Part shown: piece by piece, positions 43,033 through 52,944 of the stretch
How positions within the stretch are numbered: the first letter of the stretch is position 1
How the letters are laid out: each line of letters begins with the position of its first letter
The notes under the pieces: model-generated
What the model was told of the DNA's origin: nothing
The model's database searches: none
What the model saw: the letters and a program-made list of their open reading frames with translations, nothing else
Assembly (NCBI GenBank): GCA_963806225.1
Contig: CAWDXG010000004.1
Span: 1,824,001-1,888,000, forward strand
DNA length: 64,000 nt
Source of the DNA: an uncultured delta proteobacterium
GTDB taxonomy: Bacteria > Myxococcota_A > Polyangia > Polyangiales > Polyangiaceae
Direction of reading: 5' to 3'
Position numbers and translations under genes: made by a program

Positions 43033-45103
43033 TCAGTTCGCCGGGCAGCCGTCCTCGGCGCCGGGAGAGTTGTCCCCGGGCGGATTGCAGTTGCAGATCC
43101 CGTCGCAGAACCAGTCGATTTCCCCGGTACGGAAGAACTTGTCGGACTGTGCGTAGCTCGGCGTCAGCCTGCGCACGGTGTCGTGCGGATCGTTGCCCGC
43201 GGTGGCCGGCAGGTCGTGCAACGGCTCCTTCGGAAGGCCGAAATCGTACTCGACCATCGCGTTCTGGTCCTTGAGCGGGGTGCTGGCAGCCTCGATGCCA
43301 TAGACCTGACGGACGAGCGGCCTCTGCGGGTCGTTCGACTTCACGTCGACTGCGCCGATGGTGCGCGCCAGGACGCGGGCCGCGTACGTCGTGACCTGGT
43401 GGTCGCCCAGAGCGTCGTGGATGAGGACGTGATGAGACGGCGTGCCGGGCAGCGTGTTGTCCGTGATGTAGGGCGCGTAGCCGTCCGGCTCCGTGCGGTC
43501 CCACCCCATCTGGATCAAACCGAGCATGATCTGCAGATCCAGATTGTTGGAGTAGGCGCCGCCGAGCACAACGCCGTACGCCGGCCAATCCTGGCTGCGG
43601 GCGAGCAGGAGGTTATAGGGCAGGCCCGGTTCACCGAGCAGGCCCCGGGTCACGTCGGTCGAGATCGCCATGTACGTCCCGCCCATGATCCCGCCCTGGC
43701 TGTCGCCGCGGTACGCGCGGATATCCTTGTTGATCCACGCCGGATCAAGCAACACCTTGCCCGATGCGTCCTTGATGCCGTCCTTCGCGACGCGCCCCAT
43801 CATCATGCGCATTGCCAGAAGCTGGTTGATGTGACCCTGCATCTGCCGGTCGAAGAAGCCCGGGAAGTACTCGGGCCGAGCGCCAAGCGCGTTGATGGCG
43901 AGGTTCACATCCGGGCTCGCGAAGCCGTACAGGTCCATCGAGAACGCGATCCAGTGGAAGCGGTTCGCCATCTCGGCCAGGTAGCTGTCCTGGCCCTCGT
44001 GGCCGCTGCCGAACAGCCCGTGACCGTTCTGGAGCAGGCCGTGCGGGCCCGCCGTCAGCACGCTGTTCGGAACGTGGATGTAGACCTCCGAGGTCATTGT
44101 GCCGTTCTGCTTGGGAAGGCCGTCGGCACCCAGCACGAGCTTGCCGATCTTGTCGGGATTGGAGCTGTCGTAGATGCTGCCGTCGGTGAGGAACAGCGGC
44201 ACGGTCATCTCCACCGTGATCCGGCGCAGGATGTTCGGGTCCGGGTTCTCCTCGATCTTCGTAACCTTGAACGTCGGCCCGTCTTGCGCCGACAGCAGCC
44301 AGCGCCTTGTCGCGCATGGCAACCAGCATGCGCGTGTTGTTGGCCCGGCTCGCGGTCGTGTAGTCCCAGGCGATCTGCAGGTCGCCCTTCTTCACGCCCG
44401 CCGCCGCGAGCTTGGCGAAGATGTCCTTGTACAGGTTGCGCCGCTGATAGACGGTGCGGTTATCGCTCGAGGCTCCATCGCGCAACGCCTTGAACGCCGA
44501 CGACGGTGGGATGACCTTCCCGTCCTGGTCCACGACGTGACGGATCGCGACGATGTAGCGGGTCTCGTCGTCGAGCCTGATCGCGGGCCTCAGCATCAAG
44601 GCGCGCTCGTCGTCGTGCTTCGCCGAGTAGTCGAGGTCGACCCAGTGCGGCACCAGCTCGCCGGTCTTGGCGTTCAGGATGATGGTCGGCGAGTCCGCCT
44701 TGACGGTGGTCGCGATGTCGTCGGGGGAGGCCAGGCCGGTGTCCGTCGCTCCCGGCAGATACGTCATCGGAGCCTGGCCCGGAGAAAAGCCATCCATGCC
44801 GTAGAACATCGATGGATCCACCTGGTGCGTGCCCAGCGTCATTGGCAGCGTGGTCGGTCCGAATCGCACCGACTTGCCGGAGGGGTTCTGCCCGGTGGGA
44901 TCGTCCTGGAGGTAGACGTTCGACGGGAACGGGAAACCACAGTGCTCGGGAACGAGCGGGTCGCAATCGGCTCCGGCGAGGAGCGGCCGTGGCCCGTGGT
45001 ACGGCGGGAATGTCTTTTCCTTGCTCGAACTGCAGCCGACAACGAGCAGAAGCAGCCCCAGAAGAGCGCTGACGGCCAGGGAGGTTCGAAGGGTTCGTTG
45101 CAC
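43033..45103 (-). CDS. Secreted lipoprotein alpha/beta-hydrolase (frameshift near 44300)
   Basis: Lipobox VVGC; PFPSN, DGFSP N-terminal domain; GHGLFG, GDSQGG nucleophile elbow, GDHQV, PH. Confidence 0.75.
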
Positions 45104-45300
45104 GGCGACTCCTTGCTCTCGGCGCAGGCCCGCCGCCCGCCGGCGGGTCCCCCCGGCGCCTCACACACCGCGCGAGTCTACGTGATGACGCAGACCAAAT
45201 CCCCCGATTTTGACCTGGGAACAACGAAAGTGCCCGCGAGGCCCCGGAGACGCGCCGTTCCGACGCAGCGGTTGCGCGCACCGGGGCATGCTGCGTCGTG

Positions 45301-45792
45301 TCAACGCGGAGCGCTGGACGGCGGCGCCGGGGCGGGAGGCGCGCTGCTCCCACCCGTCGCAGGCGCTTGGCGCGGCCGCCAGAGCGGGCGTCCGCGCTCG
45401 TCCCGGATGCGGACGACCTTGCCGTCCTTCTTGATCTCCTCGACCAGGATCGCGGGCTCGCCCTGCACTTCCATCCGGACTCCGCGCACTTCGACCCGCT
45501 CGCTCCGGGAGAAGTGCAGCCCCTTCTGGTCGAGATACCAGCCCGGCGCCAGGCGCACGGCAACCGGGCGACCGAGATCATCACGCACGGTGAGATGGAC
45601 GCCGTAGGAAAGCTGATCCTGCGCGCTGGTCCGATCCACACCGAGCACCCGGCCGTCCACGGTCTCGACCGCCTGGGGATCGAAACGGTGGGTTGCAGGA
45701 GGCGGACCTTCGGACCCCGCTCCGGCAGGAGCGCAGGAACCGGCAAGCAGGCCCAGACCCAGGGCGAGCAGCAGTGCAGTCGACGCGCGCAT
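45301..45792 (-). CDS. Periplasmic OB-fold lipoprotein (MamS/MamX-like domain)
   Basis: Lipobox LAGSC; FDPQAVETVDG.V, YGVHL, LAPGWYL, VEVRG, IRDERGRPLW. Confidence 0.65.
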   Translation of the reverse strand: MRASTALLLALGLGLLAGSCAPAGAGSEGPPPATHRFDPQAVETVDGRVLGVDRTSAQDQLSYGVHLTVRDDLGRPVAVRLAPGWYLDQKGLHFSRSERVEVRGVRMEVQGEPAILVEEIKKDGKVVRIRDERGRPLWRPRQAPATGGSSAPPAPAPPSSAPR

Positions 45793-45805
45793 GCCCTGAA
45801 ACGTT

Positions 45806-45820
45806 GCATCTACCGTGCCG
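45806..45820 (-). promoter_or_regulatory. sigma54 -24/-12 motif for the OB-fold gene
   Basis: Minus strand CGGCACGGTAGATGC (GG-N10-GC), 14 nt upstream of ATG. Confidence 0.5.
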
Positions 45821-46729
45821 CGCGTGTCCCGCTGCAGAGGGGTTGGCACGATCGCTCGCGGCTCGCTATACGAAGCCTTCTCATTGCCCCGACTGTCGAC
45901 CTTCTTCCGGCATACCGCTGTGGCGCTCTGTACGCTGTTCGCGTCCAGGGCCGGCCTGGCGGCGCCTCCTCCTCCGCGACGCGCGCGCCCGCCTACCCCG
46001 CGATATTCGCCGTGGCAGACGAAGAAGATGTCGCCGTTCGTGTCCCTCGCGACGGACGCGGGCTTCATCTATTTCCGCCCACGCCTGACGCTGGGCTACG
46101 GCGCGCCGTTCTGGAACTACGTCGGCATCCAGGCCGACGCCATCTCGACGAACAGCTTCTTCCAGACGACGGTGGGCTGGCGCGCCACGCTGCCGTTCCT
46201 CGACTGCACGATGAGCGTCCGGACGGTATACCCCTATAACCGCCGGTACCTGCCGCGCCAGCCAGCCTACTCCGCGGCGGACCTCGGGCTCGACCATCCG
46301 GGCGCGCAGCGTTCCACCTACAACGCCGTCGATCTGGAGATTGCCGCGGTGGCCCCGCTCCTCCACGGCGGCGTGTTCCTGCAGGCGCACCCGCTGTTCG
46401 TGGATGCGCCGCGGAACACGGATCTGTACGAGGAGTACATCCGGGCGGTCATGCGCCCGCCCTTCGCGCTCGGCACGCGGGGCGGCTACCTGTACGGATT
46501 CGGCGAGGACAGGAACGTGAAGGTCGGCGTGATGGGCGAGTACGTGGTGCTGCCGGGTCGCCCGCAGAACGTCGTTCGCGCTGGGCCCGTGGCGATCGCA
46601 AACCTGAGCAAGCACTTCGACGCTTTCGCCGCGTTCTCGTTCGTCGTCGCGAGCCCCGACACGCTGGGACTCGAGCACGGTACGTACGCCTTCCTCGGCG
46701 TGCTGCACCGCTGGGCGCACACCTTCTAG
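45815..46729 (+). CDS. Putative outer-membrane beta-barrel protein
   Basis: Signal-like segment ending AGLA, alternating aromatic strands, C-terminal F; start uncertain (probably downstream of 45815). Confidence 0.6.
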   Translation: MPRVSRCRGVGTIARGSLYEAFSLPRLSTFFRHTAVALCTLFASRAGLAAPPPPRRARPPTPRYSPWQTKKMSPFVSLATDAGFIYFRPRLTLGYGAPFWNYVGIQADAISTNSFFQTTVGWRATLPFLDCTMSVRTVYPYNRRYLPRQPAYSAADLGLDHPGAQRSTYNAVDLEIAAVAPLLHGGVFLQAHPLFVDAPRNTDLYEEYIRAVMRPPFALGTRGGYLYGFGEDRNVKVGVMGEYVVLPGRPQNVVRAGPVAIANLSKHFDAFAAFSFVVASPDTLGLEHGTYAFLGVLHRWAHTF

Positions 46730-46747
46730 CCGAGCACCGCGAGGCGA

Positions 46748-47032
46748 CTACTTGCCGGAAGCGGCGCGCCGCGCCGGCGAGCGCACGCGGCGCGTCTCGC
46801 GACGCTTGAGGTTGCTGTCCGGCTTCTGGCGGTTCGTGCTGCTGCGCGTGGACTTGCGGGAGGGGCGCTCCGTGCCGCTCTCTTCCAGCGCGAAAGACGC
46901 CTTGCGCCCCGCAGCGACGGACGCATTGCGCGACGCCGGCGCGGCGGTGGGGCGCGCTTTCTTCGGAGTTCGCTCCGATTTCTTTCCGGTACGCTCTTGC
47001 TTGCTCTTGAACTGCTCCGCCTTCGTTGCCAT
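46748..47032 (-). CDS. Small highly basic protein
   Basis: GGAGG RBS; MATKAEQFK...ASFALEES..RPSRKSTR; Lys/Arg-rich, 94 aa. Confidence 0.7.
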   Translation of the reverse strand: MATKAEQFKSKQERTGKKSERTPKKARPTAAPASRNASVAAGRKASFALEESGTERPSRKSTRSSTNRQKPDSNLKRRETRRVRSPARRAASGK

Positions 47033-47066
47033 GGCAAACCTCCGGGGACAGGGATCGAACGTTCGG

Positions 47067-47630
47067 TCAGGACACCGGCTGCGCCGGCTGCACCGGCGTT
47101 GGACGCTCGGAATAGGCTTCCACCAGCTCGTCGGCCAGAGCCTCGAGCTCCGCCTGCTCGCAGTCGGAGCGCGGCATGTCACCCTCACCGAGCATGTCCG
47201 TCTGGTCGGGTGACAAGCGGCTCTCAAGCAGCGGACGCACCACGCGCCGGTACCAACCAAGATGTCCCCGGACCAGATCGACGTAGTTGCGCGCCCGCTG
47301 CGTGACGCTGCGGGGATGACCCAGGGTGCCCGAATCGCGAGCACCTTTCTCCAGAGCGCGGAGGACCTCGCGCGCCTCGAGGCGCCGTACGCGTGCCTCG
47401 GAGAGCTCTTCTGCGCCGGCAGCAACGCCGCCGACCGCCATCGCCGCGAGCAGCAGCGCTTCCTCGCGGGCGCAATGCGGTTCGACGACTCGATCCAGCA
47501 GCGTGACGAAGCGATCGAAGTCACGGGGATCAGCGGTTTTGCGCTCGATCTCGTCGATGTACAGCTCGAAGGCGCCGAGTGCCCGGGCAATGCAGTCCGG
47601 GTCCGTGCCGAGCAGTTTGTCTGGTTGCAT
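47067..47630 (-). CDS. Degenerate hemerythrin-like protein
   Basis: Helical; HCAREEALL and NYVDLVRGHL resemble hemerythrin HxxxEE and H-I-x-x-E boxes. Confidence 0.5.
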   Translation of the reverse strand: MQPDKLLGTDPDCIARALGAFELYIDEIERKTADPRDFDRFVTLLDRVVEPHCAREEALLLAAMAVGGVAAGAEELSEARVRRLEAREVLRALEKGARDSGTLGHPRSVTQRARNYVDLVRGHLGWYRRVVRPLLESRLSPDQTDMLGEGDMPRSDCEQAELEALADELVEAYSERPTPVQPAQPVS

Positions 47631-47836
47631 GAAGCCCCCTTCCCCTGGCGCACACGAATACATCCGTTCGCAACACTTCGCCAGGGGCTAGCGGGCAATT
47701 TCAAAAGCGCTCACGAACTTTCCTGGATGAGAGCGCGTGGCGGCTCCCCCCAACTATCACTGCGACGCAAACGTTACCGTGGTTCTGCAGCGCAGATGAG
47801 TGCGAGCTGTAGGTCGATGTGCGCGCGCAACACACG

Positions 47837-48907
47837 TCAGTGCGTGCGGGCCTCGGCTCCGATAAACAGCTCGACGCGATTGCGCTCGGGCAGGCGGCGC
47901 AGAGCGAGCACGTCGCGCGTGTCCGCGCTGCCCGCGATGATCGGCGAGGTCGTCGTCAGGATCCACTGCACGCCCGGCAGCGCGTTCGAGAGCGCGGCGA
48001 CGAGCCGGGACTCCACCTGGCGGTCCTGGAGCAGATCGGCCTCGTCGATGGCGACCACGCCCTCCGCGACGCGCGGATCGAGCTCGGGATACGCGGCCCA
48101 CAGCGCTCTGACCGGCAACGCCGCGAACGCCACCAGATGCCGGACGCGGGTGGGCAGCGCATCGAACGAGAGCATGCCTTGACGCCCCGCGTGGAACACC
48201 GGCTCCAGGGATGCAGCGTCGAGCCCGAGATACGAGAACCCCGCCAGCGAAACCAACGCATCCACGGTGTCGCGCATCGCAGCACCAAGCCGTTCGAAAC
48301 GGGCGCTGTCGGGCTGGCGTGACGAGAGCGCCGACGCGATCGTCGAGTACGCCAGAGCCTGCTTGGTGTCGCGCGCCAGATCCGAGCGCGACGCGTCGTC
48401 GAGAGGCGCGGGTGCGCGTACGTCGTAGCGCGCCACGGTGCGCGCGGGCGCACTGATGGCGATCGGTTGGCGCGAGAACCAGCGCGTGCTCGAGATCGCG
48501 ACGAAGACGAATCCGCCGTCCCGGGCCAGCTTGTCGTACAGGGCCTGCTCGCGGCGGCGCAAAGCCTCGTGCTCGTCGTCGGCGAAGGCACGCGCATTCG
48601 GCGACGCGATCGACAGCGGGTGCGGTCGACGGGCGTCGTCACGACCCATCCTGTACTGGCAGATCACGTAGGGGCCCCGCGTTCCGGCCGCGCCCTCGCT
48701 GGGCGGGCCGGCCAACCGCGCCGGCTGCTGGATGATGCAGTGACCCGGCCGGGTGGTGGCAATCGCAGAAACAAGCGTCGTCTTGCCGACCCCGCCGCCT
48801 CCGTGCACGACGCTCACCCGCCTCGGCTCGCCGTCCTCGTCGGTGAACGACAGCTCGACATCCTCGAACGGGCCGACCCCGACCAGACGCACTCCCAGAA
48901 GCTGCAT
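47837..48907 (-). CDS. ABC/SMC-like AAA ATPase (AAA_21-type)
   Basis: VGPFEDVELSF, Walker A GGGGVGKTT, Walker B VAIDEADL, QWILTTTSP. Confidence 0.75.
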   Translation of the reverse strand: MQLLGVRLVGVGPFEDVELSFTDEDGEPRRVSVVHGGGGVGKTTLVSAIATTRPGHCIIQQPARLAGPPSEGAAGTRGPYVICQYRMGRDDARRPHPLSIASPNARAFADDEHEALRRREQALYDKLARDGGFVFVAISSTRWFSRQPIAISAPARTVARYDVRAPAPLDDASRSDLARDTKQALAYSTIASALSSRQPDSARFERLGAAMRDTVDALVSLAGFSYLGLDAASLEPVFHAGRQGMLSFDALPTRVRHLVAFAALPVRALWAAYPELDPRVAEGVVAIDEADLLQDRQVESRLVAALSNALPGVQWILTTTSPIIAGSADTRDVLALRRLPERNRVELFIGAEARTH

Positions 48908-49031
48908 GTCGGCGGGAGTCTAGGCCAGACTCCGCCATGGAGCACGGCCACTCCAGGACAACCGGGAATATCGAGGCTACGATCCGCCTTGCGGGGTCGA
49001 CATCGCAGAAATCCACCCCGGGAATAGCGAC

Positions 49032-49724
49032 ATGATCGAGCTGTACTTCTGGACTACCCCCAACGGCTACAAGGTCAGCACCCTGCTGGAAGAGCTGGAA
49101 ATGCCCTACAAGGTCGTGCCGGTGAACATCGGCGCCGGCGAGCAGTTCAAGCCGGAGTTTCTGGCCATCTCCCCCAACAACAGGATCCCGGCGATCGTGG
49201 ACGACGACGGCCCGGGCGGCGCTCCGTATTCGCTGTTCGAGTCCGGCGCCATCCTGATGTACCTCGCCGAGAAGGCCGGGCGCCTTCTGCCGAGCGAAAC
49301 GGCCGCGCGCTACCGCGTCATCGAGTGGCTGATGTTCCAGATGGCCAACATCGGCCCGATGCTGGGGCAGGCCCATCACTTCCGTGGGTACGCGCCGGAG
49401 AAGATCGAATATGCGGTGAATCGCTACACCAACGAGGCCAAGCGTCTCTACGGCGTGCTGGATCGGAGGCTGCAGGACCACGAGTACGTCGCCGACGAGT
49501 ACTCGATCGCGGACATCGCCATCTTCCCCTGGCTGCGCTCGCACAAGCGCCAGGGCGTCGTCCTCGACGAGTATCCGCACGTCAAGCGCTGGTTCGAGAC
49601 GATCGACGCACGCCCTGCGGTGAAGCGCGGACTGGAGGTGCTATCCGACCGGCGCCGCACGGGCGGCATGGACGACAATGCCAAGGAGATCCTGTTCGGC
49701 GCTACGCAGTACGAGCGGCGCTAG
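49032..49724 (+). CDS. Glutathione S-transferase, YfcG/YghU-like
   Basis: TPNGYK, ISPNNRIPAIVD, FESGAIL, GPMLGQAHHF. Confidence 0.93.
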   Translation: MIELYFWTTPNGYKVSTLLEELEMPYKVVPVNIGAGEQFKPEFLAISPNNRIPAIVDDDGPGGAPYSLFESGAILMYLAEKAGRLLPSETAARYRVIEWLMFQMANIGPMLGQAHHFRGYAPEKIEYAVNRYTNEAKRLYGVLDRRLQDHEYVADEYSIADIAIFPWLRSHKRQGVVLDEYPHVKRWFETIDARPAVKRGLEVLSDRRRTGGMDDNAKEILFGATQYERR

Positions 49725-49727
49725 CGG

Positions 49728-50915
49728 TCACGCCGGCGGCTTGTAGACGCTGTCCTTGCAACCGAAGCGCACATTGATCTTTGCCTTGCTGTCGCTCTGC
49801 ACGGCCTTGCAGGTGTCGGAGCACAGGTAGATCCTCGTCGGGTTGTTGTTGTCGTCGAAGTACCAGCCACCCTGACCCGAGCCACTGGTGCACTGGCTGG
49901 CGTCCGTCACACGGTAGATGGGCTGCGGATTCTTGGCGTTGCCGCCGGGCAGATAGTCGACGTTCACCTTGTCGGGGTCGAGCGTGCCGCTCTTGGGCTT
50001 CGGCACGTCGTATTCGCAGGACACCATCGACTGCGTGACGACCGTCGTCGTGATCGCCTGGAACACGGGCTGCCAGTTGTTGACGCAGATCTGCCCCTGC
50101 GCGCCGCCGGTCTGCTTCACCAGCTGCGCGTACACGGTGCCGACCGCCGCTCCGGTCCCGAACGCGCCGATACAGCCGATGATCGGCGTGCTGCCGTAGG
50201 CGTAGATGGAGTGGAAGATCCAGGTATTGAACATCCCGGCGGGAGCGAGCCCCTGGAGCGCGGTGGTGAACGCGCCAGCCGAGTTGATCGGGCTGTCGGT
50301 GGCGTTGTCGTCACTCACCACGACGAAGTGCTTCACCGCGTCGTAGCGGAGAAAGTCCTTGTACTTGTCGTAGCTGCTGATGATGAGGTCGAGCGCGTTG
50401 TTGCTGTCGACGTGCTGATCGACGAGGCGGAAGCGCGTGTTGTTGCCGCAGCCCGATCCGCCGAGCGGCGGCGGCACGCAAATGGAATTGCCGCCGGATT
50501 TCGCCGCGATCATCACCACGTGGTAGTCGATGCTCCCGCTGCTTCCGATCAGGTTGGCGAAGTTGTTGATCTCCTGCTGAACGTACTGCGTCTCCTGGTT
50601 CATGCTGCCGGACTGGTCAACGGCCCAGATGATGTCGGCCGGCCGCGCGAGCTTCTTGGACGTCGAGGTCGTCTCGGCGCACGCCCCCCCCGAGCCGCCG
50701 GAGTTGGTTCCGCCGCCGCCGCTGCCGCCGAGCAGGACGCTCCCGCCGCTTCCGCCACCGGATCCGCCGGCGCCGGAGCCTCCCGTGCCGCTTCCGCCGG
50801 CTCCGCTTCCGCCGCTTCCGCCGCTTCCGCCAACGTGGGAGCTGGTCCCACCCCCCGCGCTGCAAGCGGCAACCACAGCCGCGCCGAAGATCAAAGCAAG
50901 CTTGTGCAGCCTCAT
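49728..50915 (-). CDS. vWA-domain lipoprotein
   Basis: Lipobox VAAC, Gly linker, MIDAS DQSGSM, VVVSDD, C-terminal Cys domain GWYFDDNNNPT.I.LC..TC. Confidence 0.85.
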   Translation of the reverse strand: MRLHKLALIFGAAVVAACSAGGGTSSHVGGSGGSGGSGAGGSGTGGSGAGGSGGGSGGSVLLGGSGGGGTNSGGSGGACAETTSTSKKLARPADIIWAVDQSGSMNQETQYVQQEINNFANLIGSSGSIDYHVVMIAAKSGGNSICVPPPLGGSGCGNNTRFRLVDQHVDSNNALDLIISSYDKYKDFLRYDAVKHFVVVSDDNATDSPINSAGAFTTALQGLAPAGMFNTWIFHSIYAYGSTPIIGCIGAFGTGAAVGTVYAQLVKQTGGAQGQICVNNWQPVFQAITTTVVTQSMVSCEYDVPKPKSGTLDPDKVNVDYLPGGNAKNPQPIYRVTDASQCTSGSGQGGWYFDDNNNPTRIYLCSDTCKAVQSDSKAKINVRFGCKDSVYKPPA

Positions 50916-51071
50916 GGCAGACCTCGTATGGACTGGAAGATTCCGCCGGAGCCTCCCGGCCCTGCGGCCAAACGATGGTCCCAGAGGGTGTGACCGAGGT
51001 CAAGTCGGCATGAGCCGCTTTTTCCAGGGAGCAGGAACTTCTGCACGCCGCAAGGGTCTACCCTGGGCGCG

Positions 51072-51542
51072 ATGGAGGTCCGGACCGAAGTGGAGATCGA
51101 CGCCCCGCCCGAGCAGGTCTGGGCGGTGCTGACGGACTTTGCCGCCTACCACGAGTGGAATCCGTTCATCACCGGGCTTCGCGGCAGGCTCGAGACCGGC
51201 GCACGCCTGCGCGTGGAGCTCAGCTACGCCGACGGCAGACACACCAGCTTCCGGCCGTCGCTCGTCTCGCTGAAACCGGCCGAGGAGCTCCGCTGGATCG
51301 CGAAGCTCTGGTTCAAGGGGCTGTTCGACGGCGAGCACTTCTTCCAGCTGTCGGCGATCGACCGGAACCGGACGCGGCTGGTCCAGGGCGAAAACTTCAG
51401 CGGCCTGTTGGTGAAGCTGGCAGCCAACACGCTCACCCAGAACGCGCGGGGCTTCGTCGGGATGAACGCCGCGCTCAAGCGCCGCGTCGAATCGCAAGCA
51501 CGTTCTAGAACTTCGGCGCCGCGCGGCCGCGAACAGCCTTGA
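51072..51542 (+). CDS. SRPBCC/polyketide-cyclase-like protein
   Basis: EIDAPPEQVWAVLTDF..Y.EWNPF, FDGEHFF, MNAALKRRVE. Confidence 0.88.
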   Translation: MEVRTEVEIDAPPEQVWAVLTDFAAYHEWNPFITGLRGRLETGARLRVELSYADGRHTSFRPSLVSLKPAEELRWIAKLWFKGLFDGEHFFQLSAIDRNRTRLVQGENFSGLLVKLAANTLTQNARGFVGMNAALKRRVESQARSRTSAPRGREQP

Positions 51543-52905
51543 TGGCGTCGGGCAGGTCGTCGCTGTCGCGCAGACAGCCGTAGCAGTCCTGTCGCTTGTG
51601 CGGGCCGCAGCCAAAGCGCCGCTGCAGGAGCGCCAACAGATGCAGCGAGCGCCGGTCGCCGTAATCCTTGGCGGCGGACAGCAGCTTCTGGTTTTCCTCG
51701 CAGCTTTGCGCCTTGCGCAGATCGAGCGCCACGGCCAACGCGGGAGTCGCGCGCGCGCGCACGCTCTTTTCGTAGACGAGCTTCTCGGCGAGACGCGTGG
51801 TCGCGGTGCGGCGCGGCGTGCCGGTCCACGTCTCGTACAGCAGGTCCGGGCCGGCAGCGCCGGGAAGCGTTGCCATGATGCGCAGCGCTTCGCGCGCAGT
51901 CTCCGGGTCGCGGGCGGCAGAGATGAGCCCCCGGCTTACCCCTTGGTCCGAGGCGAGCGCCGGTTTCTGCTGCAACTCGCGGCCGATCTTCTCCAGCTCG
52001 TTCCGCCGCTGCATCATCCTGCCGCGCGACAGCGCCAGGGCGGCGTCGACATCCAGCTCCGACCGCGCCTCCAGCTGCTTGATGGCGGCCGGCTCGCCCG
52101 CGGAGGCGCGTTCGACCAGCGAAGTCGCCGCGGGCGTGGCGGAAGCAGCCGGCCCGGCCGAAGGTAGCGCCGGCGACGGCGCGCGCGCGGCCTCGTCCAC
52201 CGCGCGGCGCCCACGGCCGAGCGCGAAGCCGAGCAGCAGACTGCCGATCGACGCCGCCACGACAACCGCGACGACGGGCAGCCACAGCGGTATCTCGGCG
52301 CCCGCCACCCGCACCGTGCGGCTCGGCGCTCCGCCCGGCGCGCGGCCGCTGGAGGGCGGAGCGGGCTCTCCGGCGTAGCGCAGGTCGACGTGACCCTGGG
52401 GAGGCGCCACATCCACGCGACCGGCGGCGGGAGTGGGCGGCGCATCGGGCAGCGAGGGGACAGGCGCCACCGGCTGGGGAGGACCCGCGGCAGGCGGCAG
52501 ACCCAGCTCCGGCAAGGGCGCCTGCGGCACGGCTGCAGCGTAGGGCGACGCATCCGGAGGCGGAGCGCCGAGCATGTGCTCGATCTGCTCGCGACGCACC
52601 GTCGCCAAGGTCGCATCCACGTCGTCGTCGATCGCCTCGAGCAGCGTGTCCACCTCGGTCACCGAGCCTTCCTCGACGCGCGCAGGCTCGGGTGGAGCCG
52701 GCACGAAGTCCGGCGGTACCGGCGGCGGAGGCAACGGTCCGGTCGGCGGCCGCACCGACTCGTCCTGCGCGATCACATCGGGCGCCGGCTGCTCCACTTC
52801 CGTGTCGGTTCCCTCCTCCCAGCCGCCGTCGACGAACGACGTTCGGACAGGAGCCGCCTTCGGCCGCGGTGGCCTGTCGCCCGGCATGGCACCGGAGGCT
52901 ATCAT
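51505..52905 (-). CDS. Hypothetical Pro-rich single-pass membrane protein
   Basis: Acidic/Pro-rich N-terminus, one TM (LWLPVVAVVVAASIGSLLLGFAL), helical C-terminal domain with GCG...DCYGCLR. Confidence 0.7.
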   Translation of the reverse strand: MIASGAMPGDRPPRPKAAPVRTSFVDGGWEEGTDTEVEQPAPDVIAQDESVRPPTGPLPPPPVPPDFVPAPPEPARVEEGSVTEVDTLLEAIDDDVDATLATVRREQIEHMLGAPPPDASPYAAAVPQAPLPELGLPPAAGPPQPVAPVPSLPDAPPTPAAGRVDVAPPQGHVDLRYAGEPAPPSSGRAPGGAPSRTVRVAGAEIPLWLPVVAVVVAASIGSLLLGFALGRGRRAVDEAARAPSPALPSAGPAASATPAATSLVERASAGEPAAIKQLEARSELDVDAALALSRGRMMQRRNELEKIGRELQQKPALASDQGVSRGLISAARDPETAREALRIMATLPGAAGPDLLYETWTGTPRRTATTRLAEKLVYEKSVRARATPALAVALDLRKAQSCEENQKLLSAAKDYGDRRSLHLLALLQRRFGCGPHKRQDCYGCLRDSDDLPDAIKAVRGRAAPKF

Positions 52906-52944
52906 GCTGCGCCGGAGCGTGCTCGCCCGCGGAGCTCCCCCGGC

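Noticed and set aside
45301..45792. Magnetosome gene island
   Set aside because: A single domain resemblance only; no other mam genes in the window.
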